From: an uncultured Bauldia sp.
GTDB taxonomy: Bacteria > Pseudomonadota > Alphaproteobacteria > Rhizobiales > Kaistiaceae
Direction of reading: 5' to 3'
Assembly (NCBI GenBank): GCA_964610725.1
Contig: CAZSWL010000305.1
Coordinates: forward strand, 1-49,060
DNA: 49,060 bases
In this document: positions 35,981 to 44,911 of the stretch, piece by piece
How the letters are laid out: each line of letters opens with the position of its first letter
Numbering within the stretch: position 1 is the first letter of the stretch
Position numbers and translations under genes: made by a program
The notes under the pieces: model-generated
Told to the model about the DNA's origin: nothing
What the model saw: only the letters and a program-made list of their open reading frames with translations
The model's database searches: none

Positions 35981-36796
35981 TCAGTAGCCCGTCGCGGCCG
36001 CGGCCGCGGCCGAGGTGCCTTTGTCGGTGAGTTCGCGAAAACGCGCAACGCTGGCGTTGGCCGCGCCAGCGAGCATGCGTACGTCATTCGAAACGGTGAC
36101 GAGGTCGAATCCCCAGTCGACGGCCTTCGCCGCATAGTCGGGCGTGCCATTGTGCAGACCCGCACGCTTGCCGGCCTTGTGAGCGGTCGCAGCGACGCGC
36201 TTGATGACCTCGATCATTTCCGGTTCCTGCCGGTCGAAGCCGGGAGCGAAGCGCGTGCCGAACAGGCCCATCGTCAGGTCCGCCGGACCGATGTAGACGC
36301 CATCGAGACCGGGGGTGGCGACGATACCCTCGAGTGCCTCAACCGCCTCGCGCGTTTCGATCATGGCGAGGCAGACAACCTGATCGTTGGCCTCGCTGGC
36401 GTAGTTGGGACCGGCCGAGAAGTTCGCGCGCGTGGGGCCGAAGCTTCGGCTCCCCTGCGGCGGATAGCGCACGTACGAGACGAGCTGTGCGGCCTGTTCC
36501 GGCGTGCTGACCATGGGGCAGATGACCCCGTAGGCGCCGGCATCAAGGGCCTTCATCACGTGGGCGGGATCGAGCCAGGGCACGCGGGCGAAGGGCACCA
36601 CGCTGCTGGCGCGCACGGCCTGAAACATGCCGACTGCGGCCTGGTAGTCGATCACCCCGTGCTGCATGTCGACGGTGATCGCGTCATAGCCCTGCGCCGC
36701 CATGATCTCGGCCGAGAAGGCATTGGCGATGGAGAGCCAGCCGTTGAGCACCGGCTTGCCGGCCTGCCACAGGGCCTTGACCCGATTCTCGATCAT
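35981..36796 (-). CDS. HpcH/HpaI-family 2-keto-3-deoxy-acid aldolase
   Basis: 271 aa. NGWLSIANAFSAEIMAAQGYDAITVDMQHG, VRVPW, MIETREAVEALEGI, GVYIGPADL. Confidence 0.85.
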   Translation of the reverse strand: MIENRVKALWQAGKPVLNGWLSIANAFSAEIMAAQGYDAITVDMQHGVIDYQAAVGMFQAVRASSVVPFARVPWLDPAHVMKALDAGAYGVICPMVSTPEQAAQLVSYVRYPPQGSRSFGPTRANFSAGPNYASEANDQVVCLAMIETREAVEALEGIVATPGLDGVYIGPADLTMGLFGTRFAPGFDRQEPEMIEVIKRVAATAHKAGKRAGLHNGTPDYAAKAVDWGFDLVTVSNDVRMLAGAANASVARFRELTDKGTSAAAAAATGY

Positions 36797-36808
36797 TCCG
36801 CCGGTCCT

Positions 36809-38248
36809 CTACAAAACAGTCATCTGGGCGAGCTTGACGTTGCAGTAGTCGAGAATCCCCTCGCTGCCACCTTCCCGCCCCATGCCGCTCGCCTTGATGC
36901 CGCCAAAGGGGGCTTCGGCGGCGGCAAGCGCGAAGCTGTTGATGCCGACCATGCCGGCTTCGAGCCGGGAGACCGTTTCGCGGGCGAGGCTGGCGCTGCG
37001 GGTGAAGGCGTAGGCGGAAAGACCCATCTCCGAGCTGTTGGCCCGGGTGAACACTTCCTCCGGCTCGCGGAACGGCGTGACGGCGGCGATCGGTGCGAAA
37101 TTCTCCTCGGCGATGGCGCGCGCATCGTCGGGCAGGCCGGTTATCACCGTCGGCGCGAAGAAAAAGCCGGCATTCATGCCGGCCGGGCGGCCGCCGCCGG
37201 TTACGATCGTGCCGCCGCGCCGGCGCGCGTCAGCCACGATCTCCTCGGTCGCGGCGAAGCGGCGCTCGTTGATCAGCGGTCCCATGCCGGTTTGCGGATC
37301 GAGCCCGTGACCAAGCTTGATTGCCTTGCTGCGCCTGACGAACCCATCGACGAAAGCGTCGTGCACACTTTCGTGCACGTAGAAGCGGTCCGGGGTGACA
37401 CAGACCTGCCCGGCATTGGCAAATTTGGTTGGCACGGCCAGGTCGAGCGCGCGTTCAAGGTCGGCGTCGGAGAAGACGATCATCGGCGCGTTGCCGCCGA
37501 GCTCCATGCTCACCCGTTTCACGGTGGTGGCGGAGTCGCGGATCATCTGCTGGCCAACGCGGGTGGAACCGGTCAGCGACACCTTGCGCACGAGCGGTGA
37601 GGCCATGATCGGAGCGTAGGTCGCGTCCGTGGGACCGACCACAAGGTTGGCGACCCCGGCAGGCAGGCCCGCCTCGCGCAGACAATCATGCATGATCATC
37701 CCAACACCGGGAACTTCGCTCGAGGGACGCGCGATCGTCGAACAACCGGCGGCGAGCGCGGGGGCTAGCTTGCGGGCGAGCAACGCCGCGGGAAAGTTCC
37801 AGGCCGTGAACGCGGCCGCTACGCCGACCGGCTGGTGCGTCACCTCGATGCGTCCGCCGGGCGCCCGGCTTTCCACGATCCGCCCGTAGATGCGACGCGC
37901 CTCTTCGGCGTACCAGCGAAACTGATCGATCGCCAGATTCCATTCACGTTGGGATTGCGCGAGAGGCTTGCCGGTTTCCAGAGTGATCTGGCGCTCCGCT
38001 TCGTCGCGGCGGCGAACCATAATGTCCGCAGCTTTGTGGATGATCGCGGCACGGGTCCACGCTTGCGTCTGGCGCCACGTGTCGAACGCGGCGTGGGCAA
38101 CTGCGATCGCACGGGTGGTATCTTCGGCGCTGGCGGTCGGCACCTCGCCGAGGACGTCCCCCGTCCCGGGGTCGGTCACCGGCATCGGCGGGCCGCCGGC
38201 CGAAGCCAGCCAGCGGCCATCGACAAAGAGCCCGAAGGATTCATACAT
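36809..38248 (-). CDS. NAD(P)-dependent aldehyde dehydrogenase (GabD / semialdehyde dehydrogenase-like, hydrolytic type)
   Basis: 479 aa. FTAWNFPAA, VSMELGGNAP (general-base Glu retained), FANAGQVCVTPDR (catalytic Cys), EENFAP. Confidence 0.9.
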   Translation of the reverse strand: MYESFGLFVDGRWLASAGGPPMPVTDPGTGDVLGEVPTASAEDTTRAIAVAHAAFDTWRQTQAWTRAAIIHKAADIMVRRRDEAERQITLETGKPLAQSQREWNLAIDQFRWYAEEARRIYGRIVESRAPGGRIEVTHQPVGVAAAFTAWNFPAALLARKLAPALAAGCSTIARPSSEVPGVGMIMHDCLREAGLPAGVANLVVGPTDATYAPIMASPLVRKVSLTGSTRVGQQMIRDSATTVKRVSMELGGNAPMIVFSDADLERALDLAVPTKFANAGQVCVTPDRFYVHESVHDAFVDGFVRRSKAIKLGHGLDPQTGMGPLINERRFAATEEIVADARRRGGTIVTGGGRPAGMNAGFFFAPTVITGLPDDARAIAEENFAPIAAVTPFREPEEVFTRANSSEMGLSAYAFTRSASLARETVSRLEAGMVGINSFALAAAEAPFGGIKASGMGREGGSEGILDYCNVKLAQMTVL

Positions 38249-38322
38249 CGCCGCCCTCCCCTACCGCGTCCGCCGGGAGGCCGCCCCGTGACGTCGGCAG
38301 ACCAAGCATGGTCCGACGCGGC

Positions 38323-38340
38323 TCGCAACAAAAATTGCGA
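38323..38340. promoter_or_regulatory. Inverted repeat TCGCAA-N6-TTGCGA (candidate operator, site C) between iolG and the ALDH operon
   Basis: Reverse complement TCGCAATTTTTGTTGCGA matches site A at 15 of 18 positions. A second GCAATTAATGC element lies at 38354-38364. Confidence 0.4.
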
Positions 38341-38416
38341 AAACTTTCTGTCTGCAATTAATGCGCCCGCGCACCGAGGCGAGTCAAGGCTCATGTCTCG
38401 GCATGCGTTGTCCGCA

Positions 38417-39430
38417 CTACGCTCCGGCGAGCTCGGACAGTTTGACCGCCCGGCCGCTGGCGAGGGAGCGATAGGCGGCTTCCGCCAGAAGCAGCGCCTT
38501 GCGTCCGTCCTCGAAACCGACCGCCACCGGGGAGCGCCCTTCAACCGCGTCGATGAAAGCGCCAAGCTCGTTCATGAAGGCTTCAGCGTAGCGCTCGACG
38601 AAGAAATTGAGATAGGGCAGGCCAACGGCGGTGCCGTCGCCATCGAAACGTCGCAACTCGTGCGGCCGCCGATTGCCCGATATAAGCATGCCGCGCGTGC
38701 CCATCAGTTCGACGCGCTGATCGTAGCCATAGACCGAGGCGCGCGAGTTGTTGATGCAGCACATCCTGCCGCTGTCGGTTCGCAGCACGATCATGGCGGT
38801 ATCCACGTCGTCGAGCTCGCGCCCGAGTTCGGGATCGATCATGGCCTGGGCGACGGCGAAGACCTCGACCGGCTCTTCCATGAGCATGAACCGCGCCATG
38901 TCGAAGTCGTGGATCGTCATGTCGCGCAACAGGCCGCCGGCGTGTGCGATATAGTCTCGACTCGGCATGCCGGGGTCGCGCGACGTGATGATGACCTGAT
39001 GCAGGTCGCCGATCTCGCCGGCGGCTGCGGCCGCGTAAGCAGCACTGTGACCCGGATCGAAGCGGCGATTGAAGCCGATCTGGATGGGGACATCGAGCCC
39101 CTTGATCGCCTCGGCGCAACGATTGACCCGCTTGATGTCGAGATCGATCGGCTTCTCGCAGAGGACGGCCTTGCCCGCCTTGGCTCCGCGTTCGATGAGC
39201 TCGGCGTGGGTCTCGGTCAACGAAGCCACAAGCAGAGCGTCGACATCGGGGGCGCCCAATACGTCGTCCAGGCTGGCGGCTGCCCGCGCGCCGGTCTCCT
39301 CAGCCACCGAATTCGAAAGCTTGTCGACAACGTCGTACACCGCAACGAGGCGGGCACGCGGGTGCCGTGCCACGTTTGCCGCATGCATGCGCCCGATGCG
39401 CCCACATCCGATCACCGCAATGCCAGTCAT
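38417..39430 (-). CDS. iolG: myo-Inositol 2-dehydrogenase (Gfo/Idh/MocA family)
   Basis: 337 aa. IAVIGCGRIGRMHA, CEKPIDLD, GFNRRFDP, ITSRDP, RDMTIHDFDMARF, YGYDQR; this closely follows my recollection of rhizobial IdhA. Divergent from iolD. Confidence 0.85.
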   Translation of the reverse strand: MTGIAVIGCGRIGRMHAANVARHPRARLVAVYDVVDKLSNSVAEETGARAAASLDDVLGAPDVDALLVASLTETHAELIERGAKAGKAVLCEKPIDLDIKRVNRCAEAIKGLDVPIQIGFNRRFDPGHSAAYAAAAAGEIGDLHQVIITSRDPGMPSRDYIAHAGGLLRDMTIHDFDMARFMLMEEPVEVFAVAQAMIDPELGRELDDVDTAMIVLRTDSGRMCCINNSRASVYGYDQRVELMGTRGMLISGNRRPHELRRFDGDGTAVGLPYLNFFVERYAEAFMNELGAFIDAVEGRSPVAVGFEDGRKALLLAEAAYRSLASGRAVKLSELAGA

Positions 39431-39461
39431 TTCATCCTCCGTGCGCGATGGCCTGTAATCA

Positions 39462-39479
39462 ATGCAATTTTTGTTGCAA
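39462..39479. promoter_or_regulatory. ATGCAA-N6-TTGCAA inverted repeat (candidate operator, site A) in the iolG/iolD divergent promoter region
   Basis: ATGCAATTTTTGTTGCAA, AT-rich, in a 104-nt intergenic region. Shares the 14-mer GCAATTTTTGTTGC with site C. Confidence 0.45.
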
Positions 39480-39534
39480 CGATGTCAACGCGGCAATATT
39501 CCTTCTGAAGCCAATACCATCAGGGAGGACGCTC

Positions 39535-41382
39535 ATGGCCCAGAAGACCATACCACTCACGATGGCCCAGGCGCTCGTGCGCCACTTGTGCAGCCAGTTC
39601 ACCGAACTCGACGGCCAACGCGTCCCGCTGTTCGCCGGCGTGTTCGCAATCTTCGGCCATGGCAATGTCACCTGCCTGGGGGAAGCCCTTTACGGTGCGC
39701 GCGACGCGCTGCCGACGTGGCGCGGCCAGAACGAGCAGTCGATGGCGCTGGCCGCGCTCGGTTTTGCCAAGGCGAAACGACGCAGGCAGATGATGGCGGT
39801 CGCCACGTCGATCGGCCCGGGCGCAACCAACGTCGTGACGGCAGCAGGCGTCGGTCATGCCAACCGGTTGCCGGTCCTCATCCTTTCGGGCGACAGATTC
39901 GCAAGCCGCCGGCCCGATCCGGTTTTGCAGCAGGTCGAGCATTTCGGAAATCCAACCACAACGGTGAACGATGCGTTGAGGGCCGTCACCCGTTATTGGG
40001 ACCGGATACAAAACCCCGAACAGATCATCTCGTCGCTGCCGCAGGCGATCGCCACCATGCTCGATCCGGCCGATTGCGGACCGGCGTTTCTCGGGCTTTG
40101 CCAGGACGTCCAGGAGATGGCCTTCGACTACCCGGCCGCTTTTTTCGAGCCGACCGTGCACACCGTTCCACGGCCGCGGCCGGACGAGGCGCGGCTCAAG
40201 CAAGCCGTCGATCTCCTCAAGACCGCCAAGCGGCCGCTGATCATTTCCGGCGGCGGTGTGCGCTATTCGGGCGCAGAGGATGCGGTTGCCAAACTCGCTG
40301 CCGCGCACGGCATCCCCGTTACCGAGACCATCGCCGGCAAGGGTACGCTCACCCATGATCATCCCGTTCATGTCGGTCCGATCGGCATCATCGGATCGAC
40401 CTCGGCCAATGCCATGGCCGCCGAGGCCGACGTCATCATCGCCATCGGCACGCGGCTGCAGGACTTCACCACCGGATCGTGGACCGCCTTCTCGCACGAC
40501 GCCCGATTCATCTCGATCAACACGGCGCGCTTCGATGCGGTGAAGCACCGGGCACTGGCGGTAGTGGGTGATGCGCTGGCAACAGTCAGCGAGCTCGACG
40601 CCGCGCTCGGCGAATGGTCGGTGGCGAAAAGCTGGAGCGACAAGGGTCGCAAAGAGTTCGCCGAATGGAACCGTCTGCTCGACAAGCTGCAGGCGCCGAC
40701 CAACACCGCCACTCCGACCTATGCGCAGGTGGTCGCAGCCGTCAATCGCAAGGCGGGCGCTGCCGACTACATGGTGGCGGCGGCCGGCGGGCTGCCTGGC
40801 GAGGTCGCCAAGGGCTGGCGGGTGAAAGCGGCCAACACTTTCGACTGCGAATTCGGTTTTTCGTGCATGGGCTACGAGATCGCCGGCGGCTGGGGCGCCG
40901 CCATGGCCGATCCCGATCGCGACGTCTTCGTGATGAGCGGCGACGGCTCGTACATGATGTTGAACTCGGACATCTATTCGAGCGTGCTCGCCGGACACAA
41001 GATGATCGTCATCGTCTGTGACAATGGCGGCTTTGCCGTCATCAACCGGTTGCAGATCGCCAAGGGCGGTGCACCGTTCAACAATCTGATCAGCGACGCG
41101 CGCGTGAAGCGCCCGTTCTCTGTCGACTTCGTCAAGCACGCCGAGGCGATGGGGGCGCTAGCCCGTCATGCGGAAAGCATCGCCGACCTGGAGAGCGCGA
41201 TCGAATGGGCGAAGGGCAACGACCGCACCACTGTCATCTCCGTCAACACTGACGCCTACGCATGGGTGCCGGGCGACGCCTGGTGGGACGTCGGGGTTCC
41301 CGCGATCAGCACCCGCAAGGAAGTCCAAGAGGCCCGCGCCGAACAGGTTGCGGACCGCGCCAAGCAGCGCGTCGGCGTCTAG
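39535..41382 (+). CDS. iolD: 3D-(3,5/4)-trihydroxycyclohexane-1,2-dione acylhydrolase (ThDP enzyme)
   Basis: Start ATG 39535 after AGGGAGGA. 615 aa. IFGHGNV, SIGPGATN, ThDP motif GDGSYMMLNSDIYS...DNGGFAVINRLQ. Confidence 0.9.
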   Translation: MAQKTIPLTMAQALVRHLCSQFTELDGQRVPLFAGVFAIFGHGNVTCLGEALYGARDALPTWRGQNEQSMALAALGFAKAKRRRQMMAVATSIGPGATNVVTAAGVGHANRLPVLILSGDRFASRRPDPVLQQVEHFGNPTTTVNDALRAVTRYWDRIQNPEQIISSLPQAIATMLDPADCGPAFLGLCQDVQEMAFDYPAAFFEPTVHTVPRPRPDEARLKQAVDLLKTAKRPLIISGGGVRYSGAEDAVAKLAAAHGIPVTETIAGKGTLTHDHPVHVGPIGIIGSTSANAMAAEADVIIAIGTRLQDFTTGSWTAFSHDARFISINTARFDAVKHRALAVVGDALATVSELDAALGEWSVAKSWSDKGRKEFAEWNRLLDKLQAPTNTATPTYAQVVAAVNRKAGAADYMVAAAGGLPGEVAKGWRVKAANTFDCEFGFSCMGYEIAGGWGAAMADPDRDVFVMSGDGSYMMLNSDIYSSVLAGHKMIVIVCDNGGFAVINRLQIAKGGAPFNNLISDARVKRPFSVDFVKHAEAMGALARHAESIADLESAIEWAKGNDRTTVISVNTDAYAWVPGDAWWDVGVPAISTRKEVQEARAEQVADRAKQRVGV

Positions 41383-41399
41383 CGCACGGGAGAAGAGTA

Positions 41400-42305
41400 A
41401 TGAAGGCGAAGCTCGGCATCGCACCGATTGCCTGGTCCAACGACGACCTGCCTGAGCTGGGCGGCGACACGCCGCTTGAGACATGCCTCAAGGAAAGCCG
41501 CGCGGCCGGCTACAGCGGCGTCGAGACCGGCGGCAAGTTCCCCAAGACTTCCGCCGAACTCGGCCCGATCCTCGACTCCTACGGCCTCCACCTGGCCTCC
41601 GGCTGGTATTCGGGTACGGTGCTCGACAACGACCTGGAAGCCGAAAAGGATCGCGCGCGCGCCCAGCTCGCCTTGTTTCGCGATCTCGGCGCTGCCTGCC
41701 TTTGCTATGGCGAGACCGCTGGCACCGTCCAGAATAAACGCGACGCGCCGCTCAACACCCGCCGCCGGCTGAGCGACGACCAGATCAAAACGTATGGCCG
41801 CAAACTGACCGCCTTCGCCGAATTCTGCGCCGAGGAAGGCGTGCCGCTCGGCTTTCACCATCACATGGCGACGGCCATCGAGACCGAGCACGATCTCGAT
41901 CGTCTGATGGCGGCGACCGGAGACGCTGTCAGGTTGCTCTATGACGCCGGCCATATGGCGTTTGCCGGCGGCGGTGTGTTGCGCGCGATCGACAAACACG
42001 GTCGGCGCATCGTGCACGTGCACACCAAGGACGTGCGTGCCGATGTCGTTGCCGGGCTCGACCGCGACCGCGACAGCTTCCTCGACGCGGTCCTTGCCGG
42101 CGCGTTCACCGTACCGGGCGATGGCAGTCTCGACTTTGCCGCCATCGTCCGTCGTCTCGCCGACGTCGGCTACGAAGGCTGGTTCGTCGTCGAGGCCGAG
42201 CAAGATCCCGCCAAGGCGCCGCCGTTTGAATACGCCAAGATCGGACACAAGACCCTGGTCGCCGCCCTCCACGGCGCCGGGTACACGATCGAGGAGCCGA
42301 GCTGA
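41400..42305 (+). CDS. iolE: Inosose (2-keto-myo-inositol) dehydratase, xylose-isomerase-like TIM barrel
   Basis: Start ATG 41400. MKAKLGIAPIAWSNDDLPELGGDTPLETCL, GFHHHM, HVHTKD, WFVVEAEQDP. Confidence 0.85.
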   Translation: MKAKLGIAPIAWSNDDLPELGGDTPLETCLKESRAAGYSGVETGGKFPKTSAELGPILDSYGLHLASGWYSGTVLDNDLEAEKDRARAQLALFRDLGAACLCYGETAGTVQNKRDAPLNTRRRLSDDQIKTYGRKLTAFAEFCAEEGVPLGFHHHMATAIETEHDLDRLMAATGDAVRLLYDAGHMAFAGGGVLRAIDKHGRRIVHVHTKDVRADVVAGLDRDRDSFLDAVLAGAFTVPGDGSLDFAAIVRRLADVGYEGWFVVEAEQDPAKAPPFEYAKIGHKTLVAALHGAGYTIEEPS

Positions 42306-42690
42306 GCCGCCTGGATGGAGCTGCCCGTCATCGGCCGAACGCGAGGATCGGGCACGGCGATACGACGATGGTTGACACGGTCCGCGCAGGCGGGCCGGGG
42401 GAACGAAAATTCCATACCGGCGGCCGATGTGCGTGCGTCGTCCGCAGGCACGACCGCTAGAATCGACGACTCAAGCTTGACAGGCGCCTTCTGGTGTGAA
42501 ACAAATATTCTAGAAACATTAATAATTGCCATAGAGGTTCCGTTACCGATTGCCTGCGGTGTCGTTGGTGACAGGCATGACCCGGCCGTGTGACTGCTGC
42601 AGGCGCAATTGAGACGGGGTGGCCTAGAACGAGGACAATCCGGCGCGAGAGCCAAACAAGGTCGGAAATAGGATTTGCCTATTTCAAAAT

Positions 42691-42708
42691 TTGCAATTAA
42701 CGTTGCAA
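42691..42708. promoter_or_regulatory. TTGCAA-N6-TTGCAA repeat (candidate operator, site B) upstream of the ABC binding-protein gene
   Basis: TTGCAATTAACGTTGCAA, 14 of 18 identical to site A. It lies 61 nt upstream of ATG 42769, immediately after an 8-5-8 perfect palindrome at 42665-42685. Confidence 0.45.
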
Positions 42709-42768
42709 CAGGCGGCGTCCCTCGGTGTCGCGTGGACCAGACGGACGGCACGCTCTGGCAAGGGAGGA

Positions 42769-43818
42769 ATGAGCATGAACAGACGAACCATTCTGGGATT
42801 GGCGGCAGCGTCGGCAGCCGCGCTGTCGCTGACGTTCGCGGGAGCGGCGGTGACCTCGGCCCAAGCGCAACCGAAATATCGTTTCGTCATGGTGTCGCAC
42901 ATCGGCTCCAACGATCCGAACATGAAATGGCTCACGCTGTCGCTGGCGGCCTTCGAGAAGAAGTACCCCGACGTCAAGACCGAATACATCTCGACCAACG
43001 AGTACTCGGTGCAGAAGCACGTTCAGCTGCTCGAACAGGCGATCGCGACCAAGCCGGACGGCATTGCCGTGCCCATCGTTTCCAGCGAGGCGTTCGAGCC
43101 GGTGCTCAACAAGGCGATCGCGCAGGGCATCCCGGTGGTTGCATTCAACATTCCCGATACGCGCCCGCCAGACCAGCGCATCAAGTATCTGACCTACGTG
43201 GGCGGTGACGAGTACCTGACCGGCCTCAAGCTTGGTGAGCATGCCATCGAGGCGGCCCAGGCCGGCAAGCTGCCCATGCCGACCAAGGTGATGTGCGCCA
43301 TCCACGACGCGGCCCACCAGGGCCTCCAAGCGCGCTGCCGCGGCATGACCGACGCGATGAAGAAAATCAACGTGCCGGTCGAGAACCTCGCCATCACCGC
43401 CGACCCGGCCCAGGCACGCAACATCATGCAGGCGTACCTGTCGCGCAACAAGGACGTGAACTACATCTTCACGGTTGCGTCGTGGTCTGCTCCCTGGGCC
43501 TACGGGGTCGCCGATCAGATGGGGCTCGACCCGAAAGTCGACGACAAGGGGATGACAATCCTGACCGTCGACGCCAGCCCGGTGGCGCTCGAAGGCATCA
43601 AGGAAGGCAAGGTCTTCGAGACCAACAGCCAGGGCTTCTGGCTGCAGGGCTACGTGCCGATGGAGTGGCTCTACTGGTACCACGAGTTCGGCTACAAGCC
43701 GCAGTCCGACATCATCACCGGCCCCGTCGTGATCGATGCCTCCAGCATCGACCACTGGGTGGGGATGGTGAAGAATGTCTTCGGCGACGCTTACGACAAG
43801 CAGGCGTCAGTCTGGTAA
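42769..43818 (+). CDS. CUT2 sugar/polyol ABC substrate-binding protein (candidate inositol-binding), Tat-type signal
   Basis: MSMNRRTILGLAAASAAALSLTFAGAAVTSAQA. Start is ATG 42769 or 42775 (GGGAGGA at 42762-42768). PBP type I body. Confidence 0.85.
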   Translation: MSMNRRTILGLAAASAAALSLTFAGAAVTSAQAQPKYRFVMVSHIGSNDPNMKWLTLSLAAFEKKYPDVKTEYISTNEYSVQKHVQLLEQAIATKPDGIAVPIVSSEAFEPVLNKAIAQGIPVVAFNIPDTRPPDQRIKYLTYVGGDEYLTGLKLGEHAIEAAQAGKLPMPTKVMCAIHDAAHQGLQARCRGMTDAMKKINVPVENLAITADPAQARNIMQAYLSRNKDVNYIFTVASWSAPWAYGVADQMGLDPKVDDKGMTILTVDASPVALEGIKEGKVFETNSQGFWLQGYVPMEWLYWYHEFGYKPQSDIITGPVVIDASSIDHWVGMVKNVFGDAYDKQASVW

Positions 43819-43844
43819 GCAAGGCTCGTTGACGCGGACAACAC

Positions 43845-43879
43845 CCGCGCTCCCGGACACGTATCGTTCGGGAGCGCGG
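43845..43879 (+). other. Intercistronic stem-loop after the binding-protein gene
   Basis: Perfect 11-bp stem (43845-43855 ccgcgctcccg / 43869-43879 cgggagcgcgg) with a 13-nt loop and no T-tract. It starts 27 nt after the stop codon. Confidence 0.5.
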
Positions 43880-43929
43880 CGCCCGCGATCCCGGTCCTCA
43901 TATCGGAAGCAGCGGCTAGCTGGATTGCT

Positions 43930-44901
43930 GTGACACCCTCGTCCGTTCTTTCCAGGTTAGGGCGTCGTGCCGATGTCGGTGCAATCGTCGCCGCCGCGGC
44001 GCTTCTGGTCGTTTTCACCGCTTTCGACTTCAACGGATTCTGGTCGTTCTTCACGCTGCTCAACGTCAGCCAGTACACGGCCATCCTGGGTCTGGTTGCG
44101 GTCGGCGAGTCATTGGTCATTCTGACCGGCGAGATCGACCTTTCGGTGGGCTCCATCTACGGGCTGACGGCGATCGCCTTCATCACCTTTGCCGCGCCTC
44201 TCGGCGTACCTCTCGCATTTTTGGCGGCAATGGCAATCGCTATAGCCGCGGGCCTGATCAATGCATTTTTGGTCGTCCGCGCGGGCATGGTTTCGATGAT
44301 CGTGACCCTCAGTTCGTTGTTCTTCTATCGCGGTATCATCTACGTTTGGTCGGGGGGCACGGCGGACTCTCTATCCAAAGCAAACAGGGTCGAGTGGTTG
44401 ACGAATTTGCTCGGCGGTAATTGGCTGTGGTTCGAGAACGGATTCTTCCTGTTTGTGATCGTCGTCATTGCTTTTCAATTGATCCTTACCGCGAGCCGCA
44501 CCGGAAACCACCTGTTGGCGATCGGTGGCGACTCGGCAAGCGCGCATTCCCGCGGCGTCGACATCGGCCGCGCCAAGACGTTCGCGTTCGCCGCATCGTC
44601 CGCTCTTGCCGGTTTTTCCGGAATTGTGACCGTCGCCGACCAGCCCCAGACGCACGTCACGCTCGGAGAGCAGATGGAACTGCAAGCCATCGCTGCCGCG
44701 GTGGTCGGCGGCGCGCTGCTCACCGGCGGGCGCGGCTCGGCGATCGGTGCCGCGCTCGGCGCCTTCATCATCACCAGCGTCCGCTACGAGTTGATCGGCA
44801 TGGGTGCGCCATCGTCGTGGTACATTACGTTCGTGGGCATCGTTCTGGTCATCGCTATCATCGTGAACCAATGGCTGAGCGCTACGCTCAGAACGTTATG
44901 A
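43930..44901 (+). CDS. CUT2 ABC transporter permease 1
   Basis: 323 aa, GTG start, RbsC-like (LVAVGESLVILTGEIDLSVGS, VGGALLTGGRGSAIGA). Confidence 0.9.
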   Translation: MTPSSVLSRLGRRADVGAIVAAAALLVVFTAFDFNGFWSFFTLLNVSQYTAILGLVAVGESLVILTGEIDLSVGSIYGLTAIAFITFAAPLGVPLAFLAAMAIAIAAGLINAFLVVRAGMVSMIVTLSSLFFYRGIIYVWSGGTADSLSKANRVEWLTNLLGGNWLWFENGFFLFVIVVIAFQLILTASRTGNHLLAIGGDSASAHSRGVDIGRAKTFAFAASSALAGFSGIVTVADQPQTHVTLGEQMELQAIAAAVVGGALLTGGRGSAIGAALGAFIITSVRYELIGMGAPSSWYITFVGIVLVIAIIVNQWLSATLRTL

Positions 44902-44911
44902 AAGGCACGAC

